Assembly (NCBI GenBank): GCA_026770705.1
Contig: JANJGN010000022.1
Location: 13,454,001-13,518,000 of the forward strand
From: Isurus oxyrinchus
Taxonomy: Eukaryota
Direction of reading: 5' to 3'
Length of the DNA stretch: 64,000 nt
This document shows, piece by piece, positions 1-12,419 of this stretch; position 1 is the stretch's first letter, and every line of letters starts with the position of its first letter. The notes under the pieces are model-generated. The model ran no database searches and had not been told where the DNA came from. It saw nothing but the letters and a program-made list of their open reading frames with translations. A program made the position numbers and the translations under genes.

Positions 1-2305
1 AGAGGCTTTGAACAAATGTTTTGTATCCGTCTTCACAGCGGAAGACAAAAGTCTAAAGAATAGTAAAAAAAAATCAAGAGGCAAAAGGGAAAGAGGAACT
101 TAAAGCAACCACCATCACTAGAGAGAAAAAAAAAACAACAGGAATACTAATGGGGCTTAGGGCTGACCGCCTGCACCCTCATGTCTTAAAAGAATTGGCT
201 ATGGAGATAGTGAATGCATTGCTTGTAATCTTCCAAAATTTCTTAGATTTTGAAATGGTCCCAATGTATTGGAAAACCAAAATACAACATCTTTGTTCAA
301 GAAAGGGGAAGACAGCAAGTAGGAAATTATATGCCAGTTAGCCTAACATCTGTCATTGGAAAATGCTAGAATCCATTATTAAGAGGTAGTAATAGGACAT
401 TTAGAAGATCATTATACAATCTGGCAAGATTAACATGGTTTTCTGAAAGGAAAATTGTGTTTGGCAAAATTTATTAGTGCTCTTCGAGCATGTAGAAGGC
501 AGAGTAAATAAAGGGGAACCAGTAAATGTAGTGTATTTGGGTTTCTAAAAGGAATTCAATAAGGTAACACGTAAAAGGCCACACAAGTTAGGAGCTTCTA
601 GTATTGGGGGTTAGAGAACTGGCTAACTAACAGGAATAAGAGACAGGATAGCAAACTATTTACGATCTATATTAATAAGCTGAATGAAGGAACCAGCTCT
701 ATTACAGTTAAATTTTCTGACAACGTGAAAATCAGTTAGAAAGCAAGTTGCGAGGAGATTACAAAGAGCCTGCAAAGGGATATAGGTAGGTTAAATGAGC
801 AAGCAAAAATTTGACAATGGAGTGTAATGTGGAAAAGTCGGAGGTTGTCGACTTTATCAGCAAGAATAGAAAAACAGAATTTTTTTAAATACAGAAAGAC
901 TGCAAAATGCTGCATTACAGAGGGATCCAAGTGTCCTTGCACATGAAATCACAAAAAGTCAGCATGGAGGTACAGCAAGTAACTAAGAAGGCTGTCATGA
1001 AGAGATTAATATCTATAATGTTATTAGAAAATTTTTTTTAAAAAGAGAGTTTAGTGGTGTCTGAGTGTGTCCTAATTGGATTAAAGTCAGCTGGTCCAGA
1101 GGCTTTGAAAAATAGAAAGAAGTAGGTTTGAAATTGTAATTAGATGAATGGGGAAGTTTAGAAACAGATGTCAAGGAGGCAATTTGCATTTTTAAATAAA
1201 CCATTCAAAAGAATGGGTGAAACCTTACACCTAGCTAGAAGATGCCAAGCAATGTATTTTTTTTCAGCTAACTAATACAATTGGTGGGATGAAAGGCTGT
1301 TATTGTTAGAGGTGGTAAAATTAAAGGCCTAGTGATACAATGGAAAATTTATATTCAAAGAGAAAGATATGTATAAAAGGAGAGATTGTGTGTCAGGCAG
1401 AGGCATTTTATGATCCAACAAGTGTGAGAAGCCTCCATGTTGTAAACCTCAAGTCTGTCTGCAAGGACCCAGAGCTGAAGATACTCATTTTGAATGCGTG
1501 TCCAGGGGTGTGCTCTACCAGGTGTCTCTTTAAATCTATAACATTTACTGTTGCCTTACCAGGATCTAACTGTGTGTCAAATTAATTATGGGATTTTTGT
1601 AGTTACTACAGTAGTAATTTTGTAGACGTATGTATGTGTTTACAATCTTTGTATTAATAAATGTTTACTTTAGTTTTATAAAAAACCCTCTTGAAACTCG
1701 GTGGTCTTTTACTACTGAATTCAAAGCCTGCATCTCGAAACATACAAATTGCAAAAATGAGTTATGACAGTTGTCTCAAGTTTCCCTCTGGGATTTGAAC
1801 AGCTCAGCCTTTACCATCAGCTGTGTCATAATAAGGCAAACAGAATGTTGGCCTTTATTGTCAGAGGGATGGAATATAAAAATTGGGAAGTCTTACTGTA
1901 ACTGTACAGGGCACTGCTGAGGCCACACCTACAGTATTGGATACAGTTTCAGTCACCTTACTTAAAAAGGGGCATACTTGCATTGGAAGCAGTTTAGGGA
2001 AGGTTCACTAGGTTGATTCCGGGGATGAGGGGTTTGTCTTATGAGGGAAGGTTGGGCCTATATTCATTGAAGTTTAGGAGAATGAGGGGTGATCTTACTG
2101 AAACATAAGATTCTGAGGGGGCTTGATATGGCAGATGCTGAGAGGATGTTTTCCCTTGTGGGGGAATCTAGGACAAAGGGGCACAGCTTCAAAACAAGGG
2201 ATCTCCCATTTAAGATGGAAATAGGAAGGAATTTCTTGAGGGTCACTAGTATTTGGAATTCTCTTCCTCGGTGAGCAGTGGAGGCTGAGTCATTGAAATG
2301 CACAC
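1..2305 (+). mobile_element. Decayed CR1 LINE ORF2 (RT and 3' region), split by a solo LTR
   Basis: Frameshifted CR1 motifs: LHPHVLKELA..IFQN, PVSLTSVIGKMLESII, YRALLRPHLQY and GESRTKGHSFK. Confidence 0.85.
993..1833 (+). mobile_element. Solo LTR (Gypsy-type) inserted in CR1
   Basis: Starts TGTCATGA and ends TCATAATA (decayed ...ACA). 4-bp TSD AGGC at 989-992 and 1834-1837. TATAAAA near 1372 and AATAAA near 1656. The CR1 sequence resumes exactly after it. Confidence 0.8.
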
Positions 2306-2896
2306 AAAAATGCAATAAATAATTTAAAAAAGACATATTTAGTATTTCTATGTTTCTTTTTTAGGGTGCCATGTGGCCTTTTTTGTATAAGGCTGTGCTT
2401 CTACAATGCAGAGTAGCACAGAGTGGCAGGTCAAGCTTACCTATTCTAATCACTCATGAAAATGTGGAAATACCGGAGGTGGCAAGAGACAAGTTATTTG
2501 GTGGGCAAGTAGCAATGAAAAAAAAACAACTTTGAATATGTGAATCTGTAGCAAAGTTGTATTTTTAATGGGATTGTCAAATATGCTTGAGTCAAGGTCT
2601 TCTCTTCATTTGGTAGAAAATGTTTAAGTATAAAGATTATTTTCTGAATTAAGATTGTAATGACATCATGTCGGATAAAGTTCAAAGACTGAAAAACATT
2701 AAAAGTCTTTCAATGGGCTATAATTATGAACACTCATTGTGAAATTATCAAAATAAGTAGCAATATTGTTGTCCTTCCAATTTTGACACTTACGAAACAT
2801 TTTAGGATCAATAATCACTGATGCTTGTATTGTTTTAAACAAGATAAAATACTTTCACAATAGCATTACATTACTCAGTTCAGTAATTTTCCTTAC

Positions 2897-3064
2897 GTGG
2901 TCTGCTACATCCAAAGCATTGTATGTGCATTCAGCAAAGATTTTAATAACTTCTAAAAATTCTATATAGATCTGCTGCACCATTTGGCCAAGGAGATTTC
3001 CTCTAACCCCGCCTACTTCAATTTTTTCAAGCTTTAGGAACTCAACAGTAGTGGAAAATATCTC
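2897..3064 (-). CDS. DNAH17: DNAH17-like exon, 168 nt, phase 0 to 0 (last exon found; the gene continues beyond the left edge)
   Basis: atacAG acceptor and CAC|GTAAGG donor. EIFSTTVEFLKLEKIEVGGVRGNLLGQMVQQIYIEFLEVIKIFAECTYNALDVADH; EFLKLEKIExGGVRGNLLG matches DNAH17. Confidence 0.9.
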
Positions 3065-3639
3065 CTGTATAAAACAAAATTTGATAACTTATTATATGGT
3101 AAAGTGATAAGTATTCAATTCACATAATCATTCAAATCTTCATCACCATTACCTATTAGAACTATTGGTAATATATTACCATCATCATTACTTAACAGTC
3201 ATACTAGCAGCTTCAGATTTCATTAGATGGAACTTCATAAGTAGAATATTTCCATTTGGATGTCTACTGTGTCACTGATACACTCTGATCCTCCTGGCCC
3301 CTGCCTCAGGCATCCTTCTACCCCTATCATGGATATTTCCACTTCCAGTGACACCCTCCACCAACAATTCTTTACATACATTGCTGGTGACAGTCCAAAT
3401 GGGTTTTCAGTAGTGGTCTGATCACCCCTTCTCAAACTTTGATCTCCACCCACCGGCAGAAATATCCATTGCGCCAGTATTTAGGAAATATTAATGAAGC
3501 CCAATGGTTAAATCCTCAAGTCCTTCCCTTCTTCATATAGCTCTGCTGCTTCATTGGACTCAGCATCCTTCAACTGAAGCTCATTTCTCTTTCAAGTGCA
3601 ACACTGTTCAGCACGTAGCATTCAGCGATAATTTGCATT

Positions 3640-3960
3640 AGTTAGTTTTCACATGTATGCTGGCGACAGCCAGCTCTACCTCATCACAACCATTTCTCTC
3701 GACTCCTCTACAGTTACTAAATTATCAGACTGCTTATCCAATATCCAGTACTACATGAGCAGAAATTTCCTCCAATTAAATATTGGGAAGACAGAAGCCA
3801 CTGTTTTTGGCCCCCGCTGCAAACTCCATTCCCTAGTTACCAACTCCACCTCTCTCCCTGGCAGTCTGAGATTAAGCCAGTCTATTTACAACATTGGTGT
3901 CACATTTGATCCTGACCTCATACATGCCCATTCTAAGACTGCCTATTTCCACCTCCAAAG
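3640..3960 (+). mobile_element. L2-type LINE RT fragment
   Basis: MYAGDSQLYL (decayed YADD) followed by LSDCLSNIQYYMSRNFLQLNIGKTEA. Confidence 0.75.
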
Positions 3961-3964
3961 CAAA

Positions 3965-4262
3965 ATATCACAAAATAAGATTCCCACAAACAATGTGATT
4001 AATGGCTACCACTTAATCTGTTTTTATTGTCTTATGTTGAGCAATAAAAGGTTGACTAGGACACCAGGAAAATTCTCATATCATAGGTACAGAATATTTT
4101 TACATTCACCTGAGGGGGAGACAGGGTCTAGTTTCAACGTGTCATCCAAAAGATGGCACTCCCTCACAACTGCACTGAACTGTCAATCTAGATTGCTTCA
4201 TGACTATGGAGTAAGGCTTGAATCACTGACTGCAAGAGAGAGTGCTATCACAGAGTCAAAGG
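3965..4262 (-). mobile_element. DeuSINE-like (SacSINE1/AmnSINE1-type) SINE, decayed
   Basis: Segment ttacattcacctgagggggagacagggtctagtttcaacgtgtcatccaaaagatggcac resembles the reverse of the Deu domain; tRNA-like head near 4200-4262. Confidence 0.6.
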
Positions 4263-4922
4263 TCTCACCAATTAGTGTCTGCTTTGTACAAAGAAAGTGA
4301 TAAAGGTATGGCAAACATTCATTAAGTTTCTAGAGAGACAAAATGCAGATTTGTTTATCTAACATGTCTCCTATGCCTGGAAAGGTTTGGTAGCATAGAA
4401 GTTTAATATCATGGTGATCTCAACAGCAAGCAGGATGAGTTATCCCAGACTTTCATACTGCTTATAAATCAGGCTGCAACAGATGTCAATGCATCTACAG
4501 TGAAATGGAGATACAGAAGACACATTTACTAGGATGCTCAGGTACATTTTAAGGTAGTATCAGGTAGTATCATGGCATGCAAGGTGTCTTTGCCATTGCA
4601 ACTAGTGGTGGTCCTCATACAGTTCATGCAACAATTAGGAGGTACAGAGTTATATATTGAGTTTCAATGCTCAATTTCCTAGTCAAAAATCATATGGGAG
4701 GTAAATCTGACCATTTTTGAAGTAGCATTCAAAAAGAAGAATGACAGTTGCATAGATGGTCTCACTTTCTAATGATCTAATTCTGGGGGAAAGTAATGAA
4801 ATTAATTCTTCACTAGACATGTCCTTATGGTCAATAACCTATGCCTCACTACTCATTGTGATGACATACCAGTGCTCTGCACTCTTGTGCCCAGGAAAGG
4901 AATGAAAAGCAAAATACAGTAC

Positions 4923-5009
4923 CTCAATAGTCTGTAATCGGTCCATAAATCTGTCCAACCTTGCAAACACAAGATGTGAGGGGAACTCCCAGTATTTTGG
5001 TTCTCTATC
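4923..5009 (-). CDS. DNAH17: DNAH17-like exon, 87 nt, phase 0 to 0
   Basis: ttttAG acceptor and GAG|GTACTG donor. DREPKYWEFPSHLVFARLDRFMDRLQTIE. Confidence 0.9.
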
Positions 5010-5244
5010 CTAAAATAGAAGGAATGTATTTTTCTGTAACAACCAGATACAAATTTAATAGCATTTTCTCAACTATTGTGCAAATATATGAACACCAGTG
5101 CCTTTTTCTATCTGAAACACAAGATACCCAGCTTGAAACCTTTGCTACAGGATTAGAACAGGTAAATCAATGACAATACTTGCATAAAAGTATTCAAATT
5201 TGTTTGAAAACTGGTCAATGTAAAACATTCTGAATGTACAGTAC

Positions 5245-5397
5245 CTTAAAGAATGTGTGCATTTCTGACCGGTTATGATCATAAACCTGGTAAAGCTTCC
5301 TTAAGACAGATATTGTCAGGTGGATTGTTTCCAGCACCTCCTCTATTTCCCCCTGTAATCCTTTCATTAACTCATCTGGATTCAAAAAGTGACAGGT
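5245..5397 (-). CDS. DNAH17: DNAH17-like exon, 153 nt, phase 0 to 0
   Basis: ctgtAG acceptor and AAG|GTACTG donor. TCHFLNPDELMKGLQGEIEEVLETIHLTISVLRKLYQVYDHNRSEMHTFFK; KGLQGEIEEVL matches DNAH17. Confidence 0.9.
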
Positions 5398-5630
5398 CTA
5401 CAGAAAAAAGATTTTCATTGTGTTAATTACTAAGATGTAGTATTAGTGTCCAGCATCCAGACAGATTGAATGTACATTTACACAATACCATAAATTATAA
5501 GTGCACATTGTCAACAAAACCATAATGCACATTTGAAAAATCAGAATACTGCTGATGCGGGAAATCTGAAGTAAAAACAGAAAATGCCAGAAATACTCAG
5601 GTCAGACAGCATCTGCAGAGATAGAAATAG

Positions 5631-5667
5631 AATTAATGTTTCAGGTTGGTGACCCTTCATCAGGACT
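5631..5667 (-). ncRNA. Minimal hammerhead ribozyme remnant in the Penelope pLTR (canonical CUGAUGA core)
   Basis: Minus strand reads AGTC-CTGATGA-AGGGTCACCAACCT-GAAACATT-AATT. Stems are decayed. Minimal hammerheads in Penelope pLTRs are an established feature. Confidence 0.6.
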
Positions 5668-6775
5668 GGGAAAAAAATTAGAGATGTAAGAGGTTTTGAA
5701 CAAGGGGTGGGTGGTACAAGGACAAAAAAGGTCTGTGACAAGGTGGAAGACAGGAGACATTCAATGACAGAAGAGTTAGTCCTACAGGGCAAAAGGAGAC
5801 AGTTTATTTCTACATTTCTTTCCTTGCTCTATATGCCTACACCAGGTGTGCTACTTTCTGAAAGCCCAAAAAACCCTGCAAGAGAACACCGAAAACACGC
5901 AAAGAAAGGAAAAATATAGGGGGCAGAGTTTATGGTCTGAAATTGTTGAACTCAATGATGAGTCTGGAAGGCTGTCAAGTGCCTAATCAGAAGACAAGGT
6001 TATGTTGAGTTTTACTGTAACAGTGCAGCAGGCCAAGGTCAGAGATATCAGTGTGAGAGCAAGATGGAGAAGAAAAATGACAGGATACCAGAAGCTAGGA
6101 TCATGTTTGCGAACTGAACAGAGGCTTTCCACAAAGCAGTCACCCAATCTGCATTTGGTCTCTCCAGTGTGGAGGGGACCATATTGTGAGCAGCAAATGC
6201 AGTAGAGTAAATTGAAAGGAGTACACAATCACTGCTTTACCTGGAAAGTATGTTGGGGAGAGAAGACAAAAGGGCAGGTGTTACATCTCCTGCATTTGTG
6301 TGAAAAGGTGCCATGGAAAAGGCATGGGTTGTTGGGATGATTGTGGAGTGGGCAAGGGTATCACAGAGGGGATAATCTCTTTGGAATGCTAAAAGGGGAG
6401 GGAAGGAGAAGGTGTTTGGTGGTGGCATCATGCTAAAAATGATCCATTGAATTCAGAAGCTGGTGAAGAGAAAGGGAACCATATGTGCAATAGTGTGGTG
6501 GTGGATACAGTTAAGGACCCTGCCAACTGTGTGTGCGTGTGTGTGTGATCCTTGGTGGAGGAAAAAAGACAACATCTCATAAATGCTAGTGTAGAAGGTT
6601 GCATCATTGGAACAGATGCACTGGAAACAGAGGAACTGGAAGAATAGAATGAGCCCCTACAGGGTGTACGGTGTGAGGAAGTATAATCATGGTAGCTGTG
6701 GGAGTCATTGGGCTTATATGAATATTAGTTGATAACCTATCACCAGAAATTGGGACAGAGAAGTCATGGAAAAAG

Positions 6776-7852
6776 TGTTACAATCCCAGACCAGACACCC
6801 AAATTTTGGTATGATCCTGGGCAAGACCCCAAAAATTTGTTACAATCCAGCTAAGGACCATTAACTTTTTTTTGTTAAAGTAGATGGAATTTGAAATCCC
6901 AATTACTTACTAAGAACAAAACCACAAGATTCCACTGTTTTAAAACAGTCTTCTTTAAACACAAAGAAGAAATCAACAAAGCAAATAGTCATTACTCTAT
7001 TGTTTATTTCATGTTAATTCTGTCTATACATGAATTGACAGGCAAAGTATGGTTAAAAACACAAGCTACACATTAAATGACAGACACCTGCAAGACAGGT
7101 TCCCAAAGTTTCTCAGCAACCCACCCAGACAACAGTCATTACTGAGAGTCACAAAATCCTGTAAAAAAAAACTTGTCTTTCAGCTCCTCTTCTTCCAAAA
7201 GCTAGTCTGATCCCCAGCTGACAACAACTCTATGCCACCCAAGTTCCACAGGCACAATCCTCACCCAAAAGGTACACTATTCCAGATCTCTCAAATCTGC
7301 TCTCTGGTCCAGCCTTCTTGGTCTCTTTTCCAGCTGAGCTAACCTGCTTCCAAGAATACGTCCCCGTGTGATGGCCAGGCTACACCCCAACTTCTAAACA
7401 CAGGCATGGTCCCAGCTTCTCAGCTATGCTGCCGCTAACAAGCACTTCTGAGCTTCCCCGAACCCCAATCTTCTCAGCAGCACAGAGCAATCCCTATGTC
7501 CAGGTTTCCCCAAGCCCAACTCATAGCAGCGTAGAGCTAACAGCTCCCTGGGCTTCTCCATGCTCTAACCTTCTCCACAGCCATGGAGCTAATGACAACA
7601 TTTCAGCTGCGTGGAGCAAACCCTCCTCTTCATCTGCTCCTGACTGGCTGCTGTTCACTCTGCCCAGTGAGCTGATCTGCGACCTTTTTAAACCTCCCAA
7701 CAAGGTTCCACCCTTGTTCCTAGACAGGATCTGGTGTTTCCAAGCTAGGTACGTTTTGTACCTTAAAATGTTACAATCTCCAGTCAACAGGAGGTACCCC
7801 TACTGGTGCTAACTTACAAAAAAAGTCCAAAAAAATATTGTTTCCCCTCACG
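6776..7852 (-). mobile_element. Solo LTR, same family as 57791-58827
   Basis: Begins TGTTACAA and shares tttggtatgat..., aaccacaagattccac and ctcagcaac..cacccagac with 57791-58827. Interrupts the Penelope RT. Right end approximate. Confidence 0.7.
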
Positions 7853-8755
7853 AAGAGTTAGAGTCAGAGATGGGTCATGTGAAACTGAGGGAAGGGTGGA
7901 AATTGGAAGACAAGTTGAAGAAGTTTTTCAATTCATGGCAAGTACAAAACATGGCAGTGATGCAATCTATGTACTCGAAAAAGAGTAAGTAGAACTGGAA
8001 TAAGGAATGTTCCACATATTCCATAAAAAGCCAGGCATAGCTAGGAGCCATATAGATATCCATATCAACACCTTAGAGGAAGAGAGATGAATTAAAGGAG
8101 AAATTGTTCAATGACAGAGCATGTTCACCCAGGCGATGGTTATTGGAAACTGGTTAGGCCTCCACTGAAAGATGAAGTGGAGAGCCTTCAGACCATCCTG
8201 GTGGGGGAAAATGGAGATGTAGAGAGATTGGACATCCATGATGAGGAAATGGTTAGGGCCAGGAAATGGGAAGCTTTTAAAGCTAGAGGGCAACAGAAGA
8301 GTCATGGATGTAGGTGGGGAGAGACTGGACAAGGGGAGAAAAAAAATGGAGTCAAGGTAGGAAAAAATCAGTTCAGCGGGGCAGGAACAGGCTTAAAAGA
8401 TAGGTCTACTAGGGCAGTCCGGTTTATGGATCTTAGAAAGGACATAGAACTGAGCTGTACAGAACTGATAAACTAGGAGGTAAGAAGGTCACTGGAGGAG
8501 ATGAAGTCAGTGACTGTTATGGAAACAACAGCTTGACATTTGATGGTGGGCTCATGGTCAGAGGGAGGAAGGAGGAATCAAGGGAATCACTATATTAAGG
8601 GTTGTTTGCTAATGAAACAATTAAATTGGGTCCAAAACAATGATGCAAATAAGAAAAGCATAAGCAATTGTTTCTTAATTAGTTAAAGTCTAATTGAGAT
8701 TAGACAGGTAACATATGGTTGGAAAAGTACTATGCAATGAAAAATATATACATAC

Positions 8756-8881
8756 CATCTCAATGAAGAGGTTGAAAATCTCTTGTAAGATAACTATGAT
8801 CCTAGCAGGGATGCTGTAATATCGAGAATTGGCCCACACTAAACAAACAGTATGCAATATAACATCAACATAGGGGGACAC
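8756..8881 (-). CDS. DNAH17: DNAH17-like exon, 126 nt, phase 0 to 0
   Basis: ttttAG acceptor and ATG|GTATGT donor. VSPYVDVILHTVCLVWANSRYYSIPARIIVILQEIFNLFIEM; the PARIIVILQE motif is DNAH17-like. Confidence 0.9.
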
Positions 8882-8961
8882 CTAAAACCAAATGATCTTA
8901 ATATTAATAAAGGGTAAATATTTCCATTGCTCTATTCACAATCAAGCCTAATATTATTAAC

Positions 8962-9084
8962 AAATAGAAACAGAAAATGCTATAAATGCTTAGCAGGTGT
9001 GATAGCATCTATGGAGAGAGAAACAGAGTTAAATGTTTCAGGTCCATGACTAATAACCTTTTTCACAGACCTGAAACATTAACA
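8962..9084. mobile_element. Old Penelope pLTR remnant with an inverted segment
   Basis: aaacagaaaatgct...tgtttcaggtc followed by the inverted gacctgaaacattaac. Confidence 0.55.
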
Positions 9085-10125
9085 GTCTGTGCCCACATGC
9101 AGCAAGACCTGGATAATATTCAGGCTTGGATTGAATAAGCGGTAAGTAACATACTTAGCTACTCAAATACCAGGCAATGATCATCTCCAACAAGAGAAAA
9201 TCTAACCATTTCCTCTTGACTTTTAATAGCACTACCACACTGAGTGCCCATCAAATTCCTGGGAGGGTTACCATTGACCAGAAATTTAACTGGACCAGCC
9301 ATATAAATACTGTGGCTACAAGAGTAGGTCAGAGGCTGGGAGTTCTGTAGTAGGTAAATAACTCACCTCCTCATGCAGCACAAGTCAGGAATATGATGGA
9401 ATACTTTCCATTTGCCAAGATGACAACAGCTCTAACAACTCTCAAAAAGCTTGATATCATCCAGGGCAAAGCAGCCTACTTGATCAACACACCATCCACC
9501 ACCTTAAACATCCACTCCCTCCATTAACAATGCACAGTGACAGCAGTGTGTATCATCTATAAGATGCACTGATCAACTCACCAAATTACCTTTGACAGCA
9601 CCTTTCAAACCCATGATCTCTAACATGAGAAGAATAAGGACAGCAGACACATGGAAATATTAATTCCAACAATTATATGTCAAGGAAGAATCAGTCTGAA
9701 GCTAGCCTGTACCTTAAAACAGATTTGGTTCCAAGACAATAAAGTGAGGTCACAAACTCTCCCAGACCCCCAGTGAACTGGTTTATATACGCTTGCAATG
9801 ACTCCCTCATCCTTCCCCAATCTGGGACAACTGTGCTTAATTACCAACTTAAAACATGTCTTCTATTGCAGCACAAATTCAACATTAACAGGGAACACCA
9901 CCACCTGTAAGTTTCCCCCCAAGTCAAAACTGAGTACTGTATTACAGTTCCTTCACTGGCTGGATTATAAGCCTGGAACTTCCCGCCCAGCAGCACTATG
10001 GGTGTACCTACATTAAATGGACTGCAGCGGTTCAAGAAAGCTACTCACCACCACTTCTCAAGGTCATTTGGATGGGCAAAAATGCTGGTCTTGCCATAAA
10101 TGCATATCTCCCATGAATGAATAAA
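9085..10125 (+). mobile_element. CR1/L2-clade LINE 3' fragment (family with the ...cccatgaatgaataaa tail)
   Basis: Homologous to 21535-22592 and 61145-62950; 3' tail gatgggcaaaaatgctggtcttgcc...cccatgaatgaataaa. Confidence 0.75.
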
Positions 10126-10134
10126 TCAAAACTG

Positions 10135-12366
10135 CTGCCAACTGCCACCTATCGCCCTTCCTCAACTGATGAATCAGTGCACCTCCATGTTAAATATCAT
10201 TGGGAAGAAACACTGAGGGAAGCAAGGGCTCAGAATGTACTCTGAATTCAATATCCATCACCAAGAGTGGCTCAGCTACTGACACAGCTAGCCAAGTCCT
10301 GAATAGCAAATCTGCCAGAGTGGGTCTGTGAAAATACCGATAAGAAGAAAAAAGCTATTTGACCTCATACTCACCAATCTCCCTTTTGCAGATGCATTTG
10401 TCCATGACACAATTGGTAGGAGTAGCAACTACACACTCCTTGTGGAGAAAAAGTCATATTTTCACACTGACAACACACTTCATTGTATTGTGTGGCACTA
10501 CCACTGTGCTAAATGGGATAGATTCAGAACAGATCTAGCAGCTCAAAACTAAGCACACAAGGCATTCTGGACATCAGCAGGAGCAGAATTCTATTTCATC
10601 ACAATCTGTGAACTCATGGCACAACATATCCCTAACTCTATCATTTCCATTGAGCCAGGGTACCAACTCTGGTTCAATGAGGAGTCCAGGACAGCATGCT
10701 AGAAGCAGCAACAGGTATATTTAAAAATGTGATGCCTACCTAATGAAGCTTAAACAAAGGACTACGTGCATGCTCAAGTAGCAAGCTAAAGACACAGCTA
10801 AGTGATCCCATAATCAACAGATCAGATCCAAGCTCTGCAGTCCTGACACATTCAGTCATGAATGGTGGTGGGCAATTAAACAAATAACCAGAGGAGGAGT
10901 CTCCACAAACAACCCCATTTTCAATGATGGCAGAGCTCCGCATATCAGTGCTAAAGATAAGGCTGAAACATTTACAACCATCTTAGTCCTCCTCCTGAGG
11001 GTCCCAGCATCACAAATGCCAGTCTTCAGCTGTTTTAATTTACTCTACATGATATCAAGAAACGTTTGAAGGCACTAGATACAGCAAAAGCTATGGGCCC
11101 TAACAACATCCCAGCTGTAGTGCTAAAGGCTTGTGTTTCAGAACTAGCCAGACCCCTAGCCAAGCTGTTCCAGTACAGCTACAATTGCATCTACCCGACA
11201 ATGCAGAAAATTGCCCAGGTATGTCCTGCCACAAAAAGGTTAAACCTAATCCACACAATTACATCAGTCTACCCTCATTCATCAGCAAACTGATGGAAAG
11301 CATCATTAACAGTGCTATCAAGTGGCATTTACTTCTTTATAACCAGACCATGGATGCTCTGTTTGGTTTCTGCCAGGGCTACTTCCCTCCAAGCCTCAAT
11401 ATAACCTTGGTCCAAACATGGACAAAAGCACATAATTCCAGGGGTGGGGCAAAAGTGACTGCCCTTGACAACAAGGCAGCTTTTTACTGTGTGGAATCAA
11501 GAAGCCCTAGCAAAACAGAAGTCAATGGGATTCAGATGGAAACCTCTTCATTGCCTGGAGTCATACCTAATACAAAGCAAGATAGTTGTGATTGTTGGAG
11601 GCCAATCAGCTCAGCGGCAAAGAACATTCACGCTACAGTGACAGACAATGACCATCTCCAAGAAGGGAGAATGCAACCATCTCTCCTTGACATTCAACAA
11701 CGTTACCATCACTGAATTACCACCCCACCAACATCCTGAGGTTTACCATTAACCAACAGCTTAACTGAACAAGCTGCATAAATAGATCAGAGCAGATCAG
11801 AGGTTGAGAATTCAGCGGCGAATTACACACCTCTTGATCTTCACAAGCCCTTTCATCATCTACAAGGTACAGGTCAGGACGATGACAGAAAACTCCACAT
11901 TTGCCTGAATGAATACAGCTCCAACAGGACCCAAGAAGTTCAACAACATCCAGGATAAAGCAACCCACTTAATTTGCTGCCCATTCACCAGCTTAAACGT
12001 TCACATTCTCCACCATATGTACACTATGGCTGCAGAATGCACCATCTATGAGATGCACTACAGCAACTCACCAAAGCTCCTTGGACAGCACCTTTCAAAC
12101 ACCTGACCACTACAATCCAGAAGAACAAGTGTATTCAAGTGTATGGGAACACACACCATTCTGACTTGGAAATATATTACCATTGCTTCACTGTCACTAA
12201 GTCAAAATCCTGTTACTCCCTCCCTAACAACATTCTGGTAGTATCCACACCATATGACGACCACGGTTCAAGAAGGTGGTTCACCATCACCTTCTGAAGG
12301 GTTATTAGAGATGGGAAATGAATTAATTGCCTTGTCAGCAATGCCCACACCACCTGAATGAATAAA
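10135..12366 (+). mobile_element. CR1/L2-clade LINE ORF2 (endonuclease and RT), decayed and internally deleted
   Basis: LFDLILTNLP..DTIGRSSNY (endonuclease end), KALDTAKAMGPNNIPAVVLK and ISLPSFISKLMESII; same 3' tail at ~12300-12366. Confidence 0.85.
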
Positions 12367-12419
12367 GGAATGGATTTTATTTCTTCTTAACAGCCAAGTC
12401 ACTTTTAACTGGCAGTTAA

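Larger units (their letters stand above)
5541..8580 (-). mobile_element. Penelope-like retroelement (RT, GIY-YIG and 3' pLTR), decayed and split by a solo LTR
   Basis: RT motifs MDVQSLYISI..HQDGLKAL (8108-8332) and MAPSYAWLFMEYVE..YID (7875-8063). GIY-YIG motif CTPFNLLYCICCSQYGPLHTGETKCRLGDCF (5983-6228). The pLTR tail ends ...TTCCCGCATCAGCAGTATT. Confidence 0.85.

Noticed and set aside
2494-2688. Minus-strand ORF after a plausible tttttcAG acceptor, considered as the next dynein exon
   Set aside because: The translation lacks the expected DLDRRL...FDDC motif. The next exon probably lies outside the window.
3653-4300. 215-aa ORF as a host gene
   Set aside because: Chance read-through from an L2 RT fragment into an antisense SINE.
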